Origin: Trypanosoma brucei
Lineage: Eukaryota
DNA length: 64,000 nt
Direction: 5' to 3'
NCBI GenBank assembly: GCA_000002445.1
Contig: CH464491.1
Span: 768,001-832,000 of the forward strand
The translations under genes were made by a program, and so were the position numbers. Below, piece by piece: positions 1-14,053 of the stretch. Under the pieces are notes generated by a model, which worked only from the letters and a program-made list of their open reading frames with translations, did no database searches and was not told the DNA's origin. The first letter of the stretch is position 1; the number at the start of each line of letters is the position of its first letter.

Positions 1-2317
1 TATGATACTAATAAATATATTAATTATGATAATAATTATGATCATTATAAATAAGTAAGAAAACAAAACTGTTGTGATTCTGCGGTAAAAAAAAAAGACT
101 ATTATTTTACCCTTTCCCACTCAATCACTCCATCGGCTGGAAAAGATATATATATATATATATTTTCTTCTGTTTATATAATGGAAAAATAATAATGGTA
201 CCAAACAAAACAATATCAAAAACAAAAACAAAATGGAACGGGGAGGAAAGATAAAGTATTTTCAGGAGGTAAACCTCATTTACCTTCTATATACGGTCTC
301 TCACTCTGCATTTTGTTTTATTTTTCTTTAGGTGGGCGAACAGAACAAAAAAGAAACAAAACGACCAAATAGAAGTAAAAAAAAAATTATAGCCACGCCC
401 ACACTTCCTCACAACTTTGAAGAAGAACGTAGCCGTTTTCTTCTTTTTATCTATTTATTCTGCTCTTCTTTTTTTTAAAAAAAAACTAAAGAAAACTTAA
501 ATGTTTCTTTCTTCGCTCCTCTTTTTTTTTAAATTATTATTAAACATTATTTGAGCTATTTTCTCCTCTTTTTTTTATCCCCTCTTTTCACTTCCTCCGA
601 ACAAAACAACAAAACAAAAAAAGACGAGGAGCAATACTAAAAACAAAGCAGTGTATAAAAAAAAACAAATAAAATAGAAGTAAAATCAGGAGGAAATACA
701 AATAATAAATAATCTAAAGTATTTTAGCGTACCGAAAGAAATAGAGGAAGAAAAAGAAACGAAAGGCGAGGGAATGAAGGAGGATTATGGAGGGGGAAAT
801 AAATTAAAGAAAAAGCAGAAATAAGAACAAAATTCATTTCAAAAAAAAAAAAAAATGCGAGCGACAGCGAGTGATAGAAACGAATATACGAAAAAAAAAC
901 AAGCAAATAAAATAAACAAGTAGTGGCAATAGCAGTAATAAGAAAGACAACTCGCAAAACTTCAAATGGCAAGAAGAACATATATATATATATAATATAC
1001 ATGTACACTTCCACTAGTCATCATCATTATCATCATTTCCTTTACTTACAGCTGCACATTTTTCCTAATTTCATTCAAATTATTTATTTACACCGTCACT
1101 ACTGCCTTACACTATTTTCTTTAATTATTATTTTATGCTCGTTTTTTTTTTCCTTCTCACTTCCCTTCCCCATATGACGGAGATACGCCACGCTTACAAA
1201 CGCATAATACATAAATCATCAAACATATGTACATATGCATAAATGTATACACATGACGTTCGAAATATATGTGTGTCTTATCTTTCGTACCTTTTTTTCC
1301 TTTTTCTTCTCCCCGTACGTTTAAATCTTCATCTTATTTTGATCCATTTGAACACTTTTTTTCAATTGTTTTGACAGTTACCGTATGTATATATATAATA
1401 ATCATTATTGTTTTTATCCTTCGCATCTCCGCTGCCTTTTCTGTTTCCTCCTTCCTTTGTTTTTTTTTCTGTGTTTTGCTTTCTTCCTCCTTTTTTTTTT
1501 GCCTTTTCCTTTCTTTTTTTTTTTCATCGTTTCACTTTACACATACCGCATACGAAACAACTCACCGTCAAATCTTTGATCTCGTTTACACAAAGTTCAT
1601 TTATTGGTTTCGACATATTTCGCTGTGCCATCAAAGCTCCCTCCTTCCACTATCTTTTAATTTTGTCCCCTTTTTTCTTTTTTTGGTTTCTTAAAGTTGT
1701 TGTTTTTGTTGTTTGTAACATCCACTTCCATTTGGTTGACCTTTCACCCAACTTCCTTCTCCCATCACGAAAATTTGATCTTCTCATATTTTTTTTAAAA
1801 ATACCCCACCTCACCAACCTGCCACTTTTTCCCAGATTTAATTTATTTATTTAATCATGTTATATATTTTTTTCTTTGATGTGTGTGTTATTTCCGTTAT
1901 ATAAAGCCTAGCAGTTATGCTTCCTTTAGTAAAAGCATAACACACGCACACACAATATATATATTTATATATAACATTATATTATATTAGCGGAGCACAT
2001 GAGCTGAATGCATGTGGGAAGTCACCGATAGGAAGATGCTTATACCAAGAAATAAATAAAAAACGAACAAATAAATAAAAAAAACAAAAAGAAAAGAAAA
2101 GAAAAGAAAACCCAAACGGCATGGGGAAAAGTGGTAATCAAGTTGCAGGTGGTGCGGCATGAAGAGAAAAATAAGTGCGAATGAAAAAGAAACACAACCA
2201 AAACCGCATTAAAGGAAAAGGTAAATATAACACAAAAACGAAAGAGGACCAAAAAAGAAGGAAAAGTTTCCTTTTTTTTTCTTTTTGTACGAAGAGACCA
2301 GAAGGAGAAAGGGAGTG

Positions 2318-2349
2318 CACACACACACACACTATATATATATATATAT
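2318..2349. repeat. compound (CA)7(TA)9 microsatellite
   Basis: 'cacacacacacacactatatatatatatatatat' lies in the ORF-free region 3' of ASCT. Confidence 0.9.
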
Positions 2350-2710
2350 GTGATCGCGGGATTCCGTAGCGAAACCAAACGCGTGAAGAATTGATGGAAA
2401 AGGGGGAAAATACAAAACTAGGATGAAAGAGAGTAAAAACGTCAAGCAACGAAAATAACCGAGGCCTTCTCACAAAAAAGAAGAAACCTGAAAAAGAAAA
2501 AAAAGAAACAATGGAGGAAAAGGAGTTTAATGAAGGAAATAAAAAGGAGGAAGAAGCGCGAATCATACGACCCCACAAATAAAAAAAACAGAAAAAAAAC
2601 ACCCGTATGGGACAAAGCGATGACAGAAACAAGAATAAAAGTGACAAACATACATCACGTCACCGTGTACACTGCTGATTGTATATGAAAGGAGGCATCA
2701 CCCCTAAAAG

Positions 2711-4276
<1,566 letters not shown>

Positions 4277-5408
4277 TTATATGATCAAAGAAGTTCAACA
4301 CCAAGAATGAGAAGGAGAGGGGGGAAATTATACTTGCTAATACCAAGAAAGACATCCCGCTCGGCCAATGCACGAGTCGTTGAAAACGCTTTTAACCCAG
4401 TAGAATAATAAGAAAAAAAAACGAAAGATAACTCACTTAATTTTCTTACATTGGACTCCACGTATATTAACGAATATGTGGAAAGTGTTATTAATGACAC
4501 AAGCTGTCAGAAAGTTAAACCGCCACATTCCTATTTTCCTTCGTTGGGCATACGCGTGAGCTTCGCTTCCCAAAACGCTTCGATAAAAAAAGAAGAAAAA
4601 AAAAAGTAGCCCAACAGCAATTAAACACCTCGACATGATAGTTGAGGTAAGATGTGTCACAAATCCCAGTTCCCTTCATTATCCATATTCCGCAACATGA
4701 AGTGGTCTAAGCGTTAATGTCACCTTATATAAACTTGCACACACGCATATGAGTATGAAATAAGGTGAAACCGCCAACCGCTCAGAAGGGGGGGGGAAAA
4801 AAACTATATATCATGCGTTAAGGGGGTGCGAGTGAGTGAGTGAGTAAAAAAAAAAATGTGATCTAGTGTCTAAGAGATAACGGTAACATAAAGTCTCGTG
4901 CCGCCAGAACCGGCATCTAACGCAAGTAAAGCCATTTCTTTCGTCATATGTAACTTACGTATCTCATATTTCGGCCCGCTTGGATTTTCTTCCGTAGGTT
5001 CTTATTTGTTCTTTCTATTGTTGAACCAAACTTTACAGGCCCGCATTGTTCATTTAGGTGGAAATCGCCGCGACTGTCCTGGCGCTCTCGGTCGCAGCAT
5101 GGCGACCATGTGCGCAATATTCGCCGACGTTCCGTCATGCAAGTTTCAGAGTATAGGCGGTAGTGAACAAGCGAAAAAAAAAAAGAACAGTGCTGTTAGT
5201 GTGAACAGAAAACAAATAAAAATGAAAAGTAATAAAGCGACACGCTGAATAAGTCGCACACAAACATGCATTTACGCATACCATCTACTATATGTGCATA
5301 TTTGTGTGGTCATGTTGTGAAGGGTGAAAATATATCTAGCCCAGAAGTACGTAGCTCCAGAGTCACTTGGAGGTGCCTGTGTGTGTATGTATGTAGAATA
5401 CGGAATAA

Positions 5409-7451
5409 TTACTGTTGAATTATTGCAACACGGCATAGTGGGGTGCCAAACGAATCACGCTCGTGCAACACCAACCGCCTTTGTGGTGGCTCCGGCTGCC
5501 AATGGGGGCTCGCAACTGCCTGCTCGGGTTGTGGAGAAGTCATCAATGAGGGCAGCACCGCTGATGTTGTCGTGATTGTCTTTCCAGGTGTTGCATGGGG
5601 TTGCACCGCTGGGCTGGTGTCATTACGACCGCAGCGGTGAGTCTCATTGCGTGTGCAGAATGTTTCCCGCTCCACCGTTCCACATGGGGTTGAACCGTGG
5701 GCAGAAGGTGATGATGTGAGTCCACATGATGCGAGTGAACTCTGAGTGGAGTCCCACATATCCGTTAGTTTGTTCACAACAGCAGTCTCAAAACGGTCGA
5801 TGGCTTGCATGATAGAATGGGTGTTGGCTGCCGCTTGCTCCATATTATTCTCCAAGAGACGGCAAAAATTGTTCATAACCCGAGCAAGTTCCTCAAGAAG
5901 TGCAGTCGCAACCAATGATTCGGACCGCACTTCCGCGCGACGTGATGCAAGAGGCAACCGAAGTTTTTCACGTTGCTCGTTTGAGCGCGGTGCCCACCCA
6001 TTCTCAGGCACCCCGTGTATCGGCAAGGCAATGACTCCACAAGGTTCATTACTATTTAAGCAGGTCTTGTTGCTTGAGTCCACCACTGTATCCACTGAGC
6101 CGGCTACTCCAGAACAATTGTCGTCTCTGTGCCAGTCGTCTGGCCGCAGTCTCTCCACCTGTGCCTCAATCTTCAAAGCAACTGAACGCATGGACTGAAT
6201 AAACGGCTCGTTCAACGTGATGCCTCTGTGTACGCGCTGTCTGATATCACTCGCAGTTGTGCGAATGAAATCGCATACACCCTGCCGCGCATCCTCCAGA
6301 GAGTCAGCAGCACGGTTCAGCGATGACAAACTAGTAACCCTTGCTTCTGCTCTCACTACATCATCCTTGAGAGCTGCCACCTCTAGTTGTGACAGTCGTA
6401 ATTCCTGAAGAGTCCGCACGTGCTCTTGGCTCAGGCTCACTAACTTTTCGCGTAATCCCTCTAAGTTTTCTGTGGGGTCTTGAATTTGCCTCACACGATA
6501 CTTCAACATCGCAGATACTTCTCTATCACAACTCTCCACACGACGCTCGGCATTGCGGAGAGCAAGAAGTACAGTGGCATGCCTCGCCTCTATTTCCTCA
6601 ACGCACACGCATAGCACATCCTTCAGAGCCCGTTTTGTTAATTCATGTTTTCTAGCTTTCTCACGACGTCTCAACTCCAGGGCATTAGCCAGTCTCATCT
6701 GCAACGCAGAAGCCGTTAAGAGAGTGGCGTTCGACAAGTTAACGAAAGGTGCAGCCGCACCACCGCTCATCTTTTGTTCGTCGCTACTAATTGATTCCGT
6801 CTCCCCGCTGGCTCCGCTGCAATTAATTCCACGAATGCAGCCTTCCCCGTCGGCATTGCTGATTGTACCTCCAGCTGTGGCTGCACCGACGGATCTTAAG
6901 GCTTCGTGAAGCCCTTTTAACAGGTCTTCTTTTGTTATTAGTGGTGAGTCATCTTTAGTGCTAGTGGTGGATGTTTCCTCTCTGTCAGTGCGCAGTAGTT
7001 CAAGCAACCGCTCGAAGTACAAGTGGTACAACACATGGCCTTCCTCCGCTACAATTAAGCGCTGTCGCAAGACTTCCTCACGTTGCACAGAATTAGCAAG
7101 CCGACAACGTTCCACACGTAAAAGTTCCCGAAGTTCATCCGCCTCTTCCACAGCAAAGCGACCAAATATGGAGGAGGATACGCCCCTCTGAATTGGGGGA
7201 ACGCCACCGTGCGTATGATACGGCAACGTCTCAATTCCTCTAACGCCTACATCATTACATCCATCCGCCGCTGCCGTCGTCCCAACGTTGCATGTCATTT
7301 CTGCGAAACCGGCAACAACTGTAGAGGAGCAACTGATGACTGCTTCAGCAGCAGGACAAAAACTAGAAGACACACACAAGTATAAATGAAAGAAACTGAG
7401 TACCGTTAAACGGAACGACGTTGCCGGTAACTCCACAATGATTTCTTCCAC
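5409..7451 (-). CDS. conserved hypothetical protein, predicted coiled-coil (E/R/L-rich heptad-like segments)
   Basis: 680-aa uninterrupted minus-strand ORF in the same orientation as its neighbours. Its composition is non-repetitive and has long helical charged stretches (LEVAALKDDVVRAEARV...). I recognise no catalytic motif. Confidence 0.55.
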   Translation of the reverse strand: MEEIIVELPATSFRLTVLSFFHLYLCVSSSFCPAAEAVISCSSTVVAGFAEMTCNVGTTAAADGCNDVGVRGIETLPYHTHGGVPPIQRGVSSSIFGRFAVEEADELRELLRVERCRLANSVQREEVLRQRLIVAEEGHVLYHLYFERLLELLRTDREETSTTSTKDDSPLITKEDLLKGLHEALRSVGAATAGGTISNADGEGCIRGINCSGASGETESISSDEQKMSGGAAAPFVNLSNATLLTASALQMRLANALELRRREKARKHELTKRALKDVLCVCVEEIEARHATVLLALRNAERRVESCDREVSAMLKYRVRQIQDPTENLEGLREKLVSLSQEHVRTLQELRLSQLEVAALKDDVVRAEARVTSLSSLNRAADSLEDARQGVCDFIRTTASDIRQRVHRGITLNEPFIQSMRSVALKIEAQVERLRPDDWHRDDNCSGVAGSVDTVVDSSNKTCLNSNEPCGVIALPIHGVPENGWAPRSNEQREKLRLPLASRRAEVRSESLVATALLEELARVMNNFCRLLENNMEQAAANTHSIMQAIDRFETAVVNKLTDMWDSTQSSLASCGLTSSPSAHGSTPCGTVERETFCTRNETHRCGRNDTSPAVQPHATPGKTITTTSAVLPSLMTSPQPEQAVASPHWQPEPPQRRLVLHERDSFGTPLCRVAIIQQ

Positions 7452-8657
7452 TCTGTCCTCTAAGGACTCCAGAACAGTCTTTGTTGTTTTGTTTTGTTTT
7501 GCTCACGCTTCGTTTGATGCAGTACACGCGTGAGGTGTTCTCACCACAACTTTGTTTGTCTATTTATTCCCGAGTCGTCCTTTTCACTTTGCCTTCCCAC
7601 GTCGCAAAACTGTTAACACTGTTGCTGTGAGTTGCCAGAGGCACTACAATGGACGACCAGCGCCCACTGAATTTGAAGGTCAAAGCCCGGTGCTGTCAGG
7701 CAACCCCTCAAACAATAATAATAATTATTAGCAATTCACAAGAGGAGACGCAGGAAAATTTTAAGAGAGGCAACGAAAACACAAACAAAAAGCAAAAGAA
7801 CACAGGAGCGCGAAAGAACTTAAAGAAACGCACAGGAGTTTTTACAGCACAAACTTTATTAGGTACACAGGTTTCTCTCCTTTTTTCCAGCGCTCGACTG
7901 TACTCTCTCAGCCCTCTGACACGCGCTAATCAGCATGAAGTCGAAGGAATAGGTGAAGTATCAACAAAATAAAAAGAAGGGTGAAAGAAAAAATAATAAT
8001 AATAATAGGGTCAAAGGTGGTGGTCGAACAGTTGGAATGTGATGTGAAGGAAATATGTGAATCAAAGAAGGAATTAAAAGGCCGGTTGCGACCCGCCACT
8101 TAATTTCCCCAACTTTCATCCACCTCCTTTCGGACATTGTCATTCGCTGTAGAAGCGGCATACACGCGAATGCTCTTTTATTAAGTGGATCTCTATAAAA
8201 GACTAATGCCGCAGCATTTCGTCTCTAACAAACAGTTACCTCATAATCAATGCATGAGCCATCACAAAAGAGGAAGGTCAGGGGGGAAGAGAAGGAAAGA
8301 AGGAAGTGGACAATATCTCACGTCACACACAAAAAGCAAAAAAAAAAGGTGTCAATATTGTTCCGATCATTGCGTCGTTACAAACCACTTTCGTCACATT
8401 CCACTCTCCTATTCATTCGCTTCTCTTCCCCTCCACAATTTCATTTGTGTATTCATTCGTTTCGTTTTAATAATGTTACTTCATCACCTTCAATGTGGAA
8501 CTTTACTGTCTCTCTGTTCCAACAGTGTTTACCTCCACATTATACGATGAACAAAAAAAACTAAAAGTTATGTGTTGTGATCTACTCGTTACCCATTTGA
8601 ATATGAGCAAACAAATACATGTAAATGTATAAAAGTGTGTGCGTGAATCTATGTTTT

Positions 8658-10724
8658 TCAGCGCCCGCCAGCGAGGGAGTGAAGGTGCAACATCTCCGCT
8701 AAGTGTGCAGTAGATTCTCGCCCCTCCACAACAACTGCGTCCCGTCTAACGAAATCCCGGAGCGGGGGTACAAGAAATTCTTCTGTGTCAGTTACGCAGT
8801 CATTCCAACGAACAACGGGAATAAGTGGCGTAAGTCCAGCCGTGATGGGACCCTCGTGAGCGAACACCACAATAAAGGAATGTTCTGCTTGTTGTTGTTG
8901 CTGCTGATGTTGCTGCTGCTGTTGTTGTTGCTCTGGAGCAGCAGTAAACCGAGGAATGTAACATGACAGGAGTACAGGCCGCACATCACGTGTGTACTTC
9001 CCAAGCCCGCGCTCAACAGTCAAGGTGTAGAGCAGTCTCTCAACTAATACACCGAGACGAAATGGACAACCGAAAGTCTCCAATGCGGTTGATGTGTTCG
9101 TCGGGTCGGCAGGTTGTGTATAATGAATCCCTTTGGTGCTTTGCATCATTCCGGGTTGCATTAGTGCACTTGTAGCCGTTGCCACCGACTCATGTAGAGC
9201 CTGAGCCTCTTTTACAGCTGCTCCAAATGCTGGAGAATTGGGGTCAGCGTCTATTATGTCGTGGGCGCGCCAGAATTGTTCACGGCGGAACTCCCTCAAC
9301 TTTTCCTTCATGGTAGTTTCATCCTTCGACGTGGTGTATATGGTGCTTGGTGGCGCGGCCGATAGCAATGCTGTGAACAGTGTGCAGATATCAAACGTAG
9401 ATACTTCAACACTGTAACCTGTTGTGCGCGCCACGCATTGAATTTGTATCGGGTTTTTAATAAAACTACCCCGCGTGCGCAGCAGTTGCTTGAGTTCGTT
9501 ACGTACTAGTTGGCATGAGTCTTTTTTCACATCGTCTGGAAGCTCCCGCCATGGTTGTTGGGCAACCTTGGCTGACACACCGCAGCGAGCCAACAGCTGG
9601 CGGAGGGTTCCCAAACCCTCTTCCACGCGATGCAGGGAAAGTAGACCAGCAACAACGGGATGGAGCCACATGGCGTTCCACAATGAAAGGTGTCGCAGTA
9701 AGAAAAGTTGATCTTCTTCTAAACTAGAGAGCTGCATAGTGTTGCTAGATGAGACCTGTTTGTGGTACCGGTTGACTGTATCATTGGTTAGGTCGTCAAG
9801 AAGCCCGTGACGGATGCCTTTGCGCAGCTTCACTTCATTGTGGATTCGACGCATGTCTGTAATATACGTGCCATAATCCACCAGACGACGCTTAAATAAG
9901 TCACATACACCCAATGCAGCATGCCACAACACAGGTTCCTTAACACGATTCAACAGTATCGCCAAGTCGTACATCTCTAGCGCACAGCTCTTCCCAGCAC
10001 ACTCCGCAGCATAATACAGTCGTTCCAAATGTGCGGGAACATCTTCTCTCAACCAGTCGAGCCGCTCCTGACTTTGCGAGGGAGTCATCTCATCATCATC
10101 ACCATACTCGTCGTCATTCTCATCATCGTCGTCGTCGTCGCTACTGCTTGCCTCATCGCTAACTTCATCTTCCTCAACATCCCCTTCAGCATGCTGACGG
10201 ACTCTTCTACGGTGCATTTGGCGTCTACGGCGGCGTCGGCGACGTGCCTTCTCTTGCTCACGCTGAGTACGAAAGAAATCATCTACTTCCTCGTGAATTT
10301 TTTCTTGTCCCCATATCACCAATCGATCGCTGTCGCATGCACGTAAATTTTCCAATAGAAACGGTCGATATGAATCAAGAACCAAAACAATGTGCCGCTG
10401 CAAGTCGAAGAAAGAGAATAACGCCACTGAAGCACCAAGTCCAATGAGAAGAAATAATTCATCTACGGGTGCTGCATCGCCAACCTGCAGCTCTGCATCC
10501 TGAGCGAGGCTCGTGCGCTGAATAATATCCCGAGCCTCGGCATACTCGGCGATAGGATGGAGGTTGAAGGGAATGAAGCACGCCTTTAGCAGGGACGTGA
10601 GGGTGAGGGAGGCGGCAGCCGCATCAGCGTGATACGCGACGAAGAGATGGATAGGTTTACGGGTGATGTGGTAAAAACGATTGATACGATCCCACGGTGA
10701 AAGTGTATCAGCCATCAACCGCAC
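8658..10724 (-). CDS. CDC45: cell division cycle protein 45 (CDC45) homologue, replicative CMG helicase subunit
   Basis: 688-aa ORF. The N-terminal DHH-like region 'LLIGLGASVALFSFFDLQRHIVLVLDSYRPF' parallels human CDC45 'ILINCGANVDLLDIL...IFFVCDTHRPV'. A long acidic insert (SDEASSSDDDDDDENDDEYGDDDE) sits at the equivalent position of the CDC45 acidic loop. 'VLWHAALGVCD' is similar to 'MLWWAIVGLTD'. The protein also carries a C-terminal Q13/H tract. Confidence 0.7.
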   Translation of the reverse strand: MRLMADTLSPWDRINRFYHITRKPIHLFVAYHADAAAASLTLTSLLKACFIPFNLHPIAEYAEARDIIQRTSLAQDAELQVGDAAPVDELFLLIGLGASVALFSFFDLQRHIVLVLDSYRPFLLENLRACDSDRLVIWGQEKIHEEVDDFFRTQREQEKARRRRRRRRQMHRRRVRQHAEGDVEEDEVSDEASSSDDDDDDENDDEYGDDDEMTPSQSQERLDWLREDVPAHLERLYYAAECAGKSCALEMYDLAILLNRVKEPVLWHAALGVCDLFKRRLVDYGTYITDMRRIHNEVKLRKGIRHGLLDDLTNDTVNRYHKQVSSSNTMQLSSLEEDQLFLLRHLSLWNAMWLHPVVAGLLSLHRVEEGLGTLRQLLARCGVSAKVAQQPWRELPDDVKKDSCQLVRNELKQLLRTRGSFIKNPIQIQCVARTTGYSVEVSTFDICTLFTALLSAAPPSTIYTTSKDETTMKEKLREFRREQFWRAHDIIDADPNSPAFGAAVKEAQALHESVATATSALMQPGMMQSTKGIHYTQPADPTNTSTALETFGCPFRLGVLVERLLYTLTVERGLGKYTRDVRPVLLSCYIPRFTAAPEQQQQQQQHQQQQQQAEHSFIVVFAHEGPITAGLTPLIPVVRWNDCVTDTEEFLVPPLRDFVRRDAVVVEGRESTAHLAEMLHLHSLAGGR
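8889..8933 (-). repeat. CAG/CAA triplet repeat (reads TGC/TGT on + strand) encoding the polyQ/H tract of the CDC45 homologue
   Basis: 'gttgttgttgctgctgatgttgctgctgctgttgttgttgct' translates on the minus strand to QQQQQQQHQQQQQQ. Confidence 0.85.
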
Positions 10725-11213
10725 GTGCGTCTGGGTACTGTAAATAAGTACAGTCTAATTAACTATATATAAATATATATACCTTGAGGGTGGGGAGAAA
10801 GGGTGTATGTCACACCTTACTTCTACCCTCTTTTGAAATTGTGTATATATTTTTTGCTTCTATGCTCTCTAATGATAAGGTTTACACGACTTTCAGCTCC
10901 ACCTTACTTATACCTATTGTCAAGGGACACTGTGAAACACTCGATAACAGTAAAAGTGAATAAAATAGTCCGAGAAGACACAGTAGCAAGGAATGATGGC
11001 AGAAAAAAAAAGTTTTAGTAATCACTTATACTCCGCGTCCGCATACGCTAAATTGTGGTTGCTAAGAATGTTGGTGAAGAAGAAAGGGACTTCTCCATCC
11101 TTACACGTAAAGTCACCTTAGCACGTAATCACGAGGTCAACAAAAGCTAACCGCACCTCTTCCTCTCATGCAAATGTAACTGCCTCGATTAGACACGCTA
11201 ACCACCCCTCACT

Positions 11214-12500
11214 TCAACGGCAGTAGAGGTACCCCTGACATATTGTTTCCTGTACGAGCATAGGTGTCACCATTAGAACAACTTCGTCAAGTTTGGCCCG
11301 ACCCGAATCAAGAATCCCCCTCATAATGGGGTCGTCAAAAATGGAAGTATTGATTTCATGGGAGTCAATTCCCCTCCTTTGTTGCTCCTTCAGAACCGCG
11401 AGCACAATCTCGTGTCGTCGAAGATGCCACCGGCGCATCACCTGAAACATCGTAGCAGGTACAGTGTTCTTTAATAAGTAATCCCCATCTATACGTGCCA
11501 TACGAAAGGCTTCCTGCATAGAGGGATCTTCCATAACCAATGAATCACATGCAAGAGATCCGGATGAAAGAACGCATTGTGCCGCTTCCATCCTCCTTAT
11601 CCACAAAATGACCTCTTCCGTGTCCCAGTGTAATGGGTCCTCACGTGGCAGCTCGGAATCGCCGTGTGGTTCGCCCAACTGGCAGAATACGACCTGTGCG
11701 AGTGGCTCAGGAGGGTGCAATGTCCCGCGACGCTGGGGAACGTGCCCTTCATTTACAGTGTTGGCCGGAACGCCTCCCATTTGCTGCTGCTGCTGTTGAT
11801 CAGAGGAGTATATGTTAACCCCGGTGTCGTTTTCTTGTTCGCATCCACTCCTACGCATGAACTGCGGAAGTGGCACATTGTCTGCATCTTCATCAGCATC
11901 ATCATTGTCCTCAGCCTCTTCCCCGTCTGCCACTATTTCCGGATCTTCACTTTGGAGACCACAGGCGTTGTCGCAGTCATCTACCTCACTCAAACCTAGC
12001 TCCTTGGCTACATATTCATCGTAGCTGGAATAATTTCTCTCAAGCACCTTCCTTCGCTCCCGCAGCTCCCGCATATGAAGTTCCTCCGCGCCGAGGGGAT
12101 GTTGTGACGCCATTCCACAATCCTCAGAGCCGGAAGAGGCAGATGATCCGCTTTCATTCATTTTCTTTACGGACAGGCGACCAATCGTCGTAAAGCGAGA
12201 CCACTCGGGGCCAAAATGAGCCATTCGCACTTCCTCACTGGCTGCAGCGTTAGCGAACGCATCCACATTTATATTACTCCACGCTCCATAGAAACCATCA
12301 ACAGGATCATCAGATGCTGATTTCTCACCAAAGGGATCATCAGGTGATAAAGAACGGTGCTTCACAGCGCGTTGACTATGGCAAAGTGCGCAATCCCGTG
12401 AAGCAACGCTTTGGATATTATAAACGCCATTGCCCCTGTTGAGAGCCGTAAAATTGCGGTCACAACGGAACAGTCGCAAAGTCGCCCACATTCCCCTCAT
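11214..12500 (-). CDS. conserved hypothetical protein, acidic (D/E-rich) with short polyQ tract
   Basis: 428-aa minus-strand ORF. It has an acidic block 'EDPEIVADGEEAEDNDDADEDADN', a Q7 tract and non-repetitive flanks. I recognise no domain. Confidence 0.5.
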   Translation of the reverse strand: MRGMWATLRLFRCDRNFTALNRGNGVYNIQSVASRDCALCHSQRAVKHRSLSPDDPFGEKSASDDPVDGFYGAWSNINVDAFANAAASEEVRMAHFGPEWSRFTTIGRLSVKKMNESGSSASSGSEDCGMASQHPLGAEELHMRELRERRKVLERNYSSYDEYVAKELGLSEVDDCDNACGLQSEDPEIVADGEEAEDNDDADEDADNVPLPQFMRRSGCEQENDTGVNIYSSDQQQQQQMGGVPANTVNEGHVPQRRGTLHPPEPLAQVVFCQLGEPHGDSELPREDPLHWDTEEVILWIRRMEAAQCVLSSGSLACDSLVMEDPSMQEAFRMARIDGDYLLKNTVPATMFQVMRRWHLRRHEIVLAVLKEQQRRGIDSHEINTSIFDDPIMRGILDSGRAKLDEVVLMVTPMLVQETICQGYLYCR

Positions 12501-12698
12501 TAGTACCAGCTGAGTTTTTTCTTTTTTTTTTAAACCCCTTCTCTCTACTCACTGGCCCGGTGTTAGCCCTATACTCTTAATCGCCTTCACAAACACATGA
12601 ACGCGTCTCCTCTCAACGGTATATGGAGGTATTTTGTGTGGTGAGAAAAGGCTGTGCGTTGCAGACGAATTGCAAATAGTTTGAGTGGTTTGACAGCG

Positions 12699-12724
12699 CA
12701 CACACACACACACACACACACACA
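12699..12724. repeat. (CA)13 microsatellite
   Basis: A perfect dinucleotide run upstream (5') of the 428-aa gene. Confidence 0.95.
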
Positions 12725-14053
12725 TTAAGAAGGAGAGGGGGGAAAACAAAGAGAATAAAAGAAATAAGCAAGAAGGATACGTTAAAGAGAAACGAAAAAA
12801 AAAATGACACCCAATTTTTTACATCTATTTCCCACTAGAGTTTAGATGATGCTCAGTCTAATTCATCCACATCCCCTCGTATACAAAATAAAAACAAAGA
12901 AAGGCGTATAGTTGTCGCTCATTGGCACTACGTTGACATAATCTTTGTGACCCTACCCACAGACATTTGCACAAACTTCACTCCACTGCTCCTCTCCTCT
13001 CCCTGCTACACGAATGAAGGAGAAAAAAAGAAATAAGGAGCTGCGGACCGACGGAAGCGGTCAATGGGAGATTAAAAAAAAAAATTAACGTAGCACCAGA
13101 AACCGTCACTCGAACTTATTAACACCTGCATAAATACAAGTAACAACAACAAGGAGTTCTTTCGTATCCCGAAACAACTTGGAAGGAGACCACATAGAGC
13201 ATACCCATTTCCCTACCCTCTGGAAAAAAGGAACAGAAGATATCAGTAAAAAATTAAAATATGTAAACATACACAGCTAGGTAGAAATGTTACGGGTTAA
13301 AACATTGAGCGGCCGCATGTACCTTTACCCCTTTACCCCCCCCCCCCCCAATCAAAGCACGCGCACTCACGGATACCAAAACAGCAGTCTTTTTTTTTTT
13401 TAATTTCGTAGTATTGTTGTTTCAGAGCATTTCATAGATTATTCGGCGTCTGGTCTCTTTTGTTCAGTCCTCGGCCGGGAGGAGCTACGCGTGCCCATGA
13501 TTACCGATATTACGACCATTGCAACCGTCACAGCGGTGCTTCAAAAGAAAACTACAACAACAACAACCATAATATAGATGAAAAAAAAGCTTGAGAATTG
13601 GCAGACAAGCGAGAGTGAAGAATAATAAGGCGTAGAAGAAAGTGCATGAGCAAAACAAAAAAAAAAACGCAAACACCCAATGCCAGTTCGCATTTGGGCA
13701 GAGCAGCACAAACACGCCCCTACTCGACTCCACCTTTGACTCTGCCTTCGCTGTAAAAAAAAAAGGTGGTGAAAAAAGAAAAGGTACAAGTGCTTAAATA
13801 GCAGTCCATCGTCACGTTGGTTTAGTTAATAACTGAATAGGCGTAGCATATTTTCAGCACTCTTGCCAATTGCATACACGTGTGTTTGCTACGCATCTGG
13901 ACCCAGCTTTGCGCAGCCCCTTTCCACAAAATATAGCACGACCTATTACAATGCAACGTCATGTGTACTACATATTAGGTATTCGCATGCATATGTGCAT
14001 GTTTACGCATAAGTCGATGTGAAACTTACACTTGCGCGTACTGCCAGTTGAAG

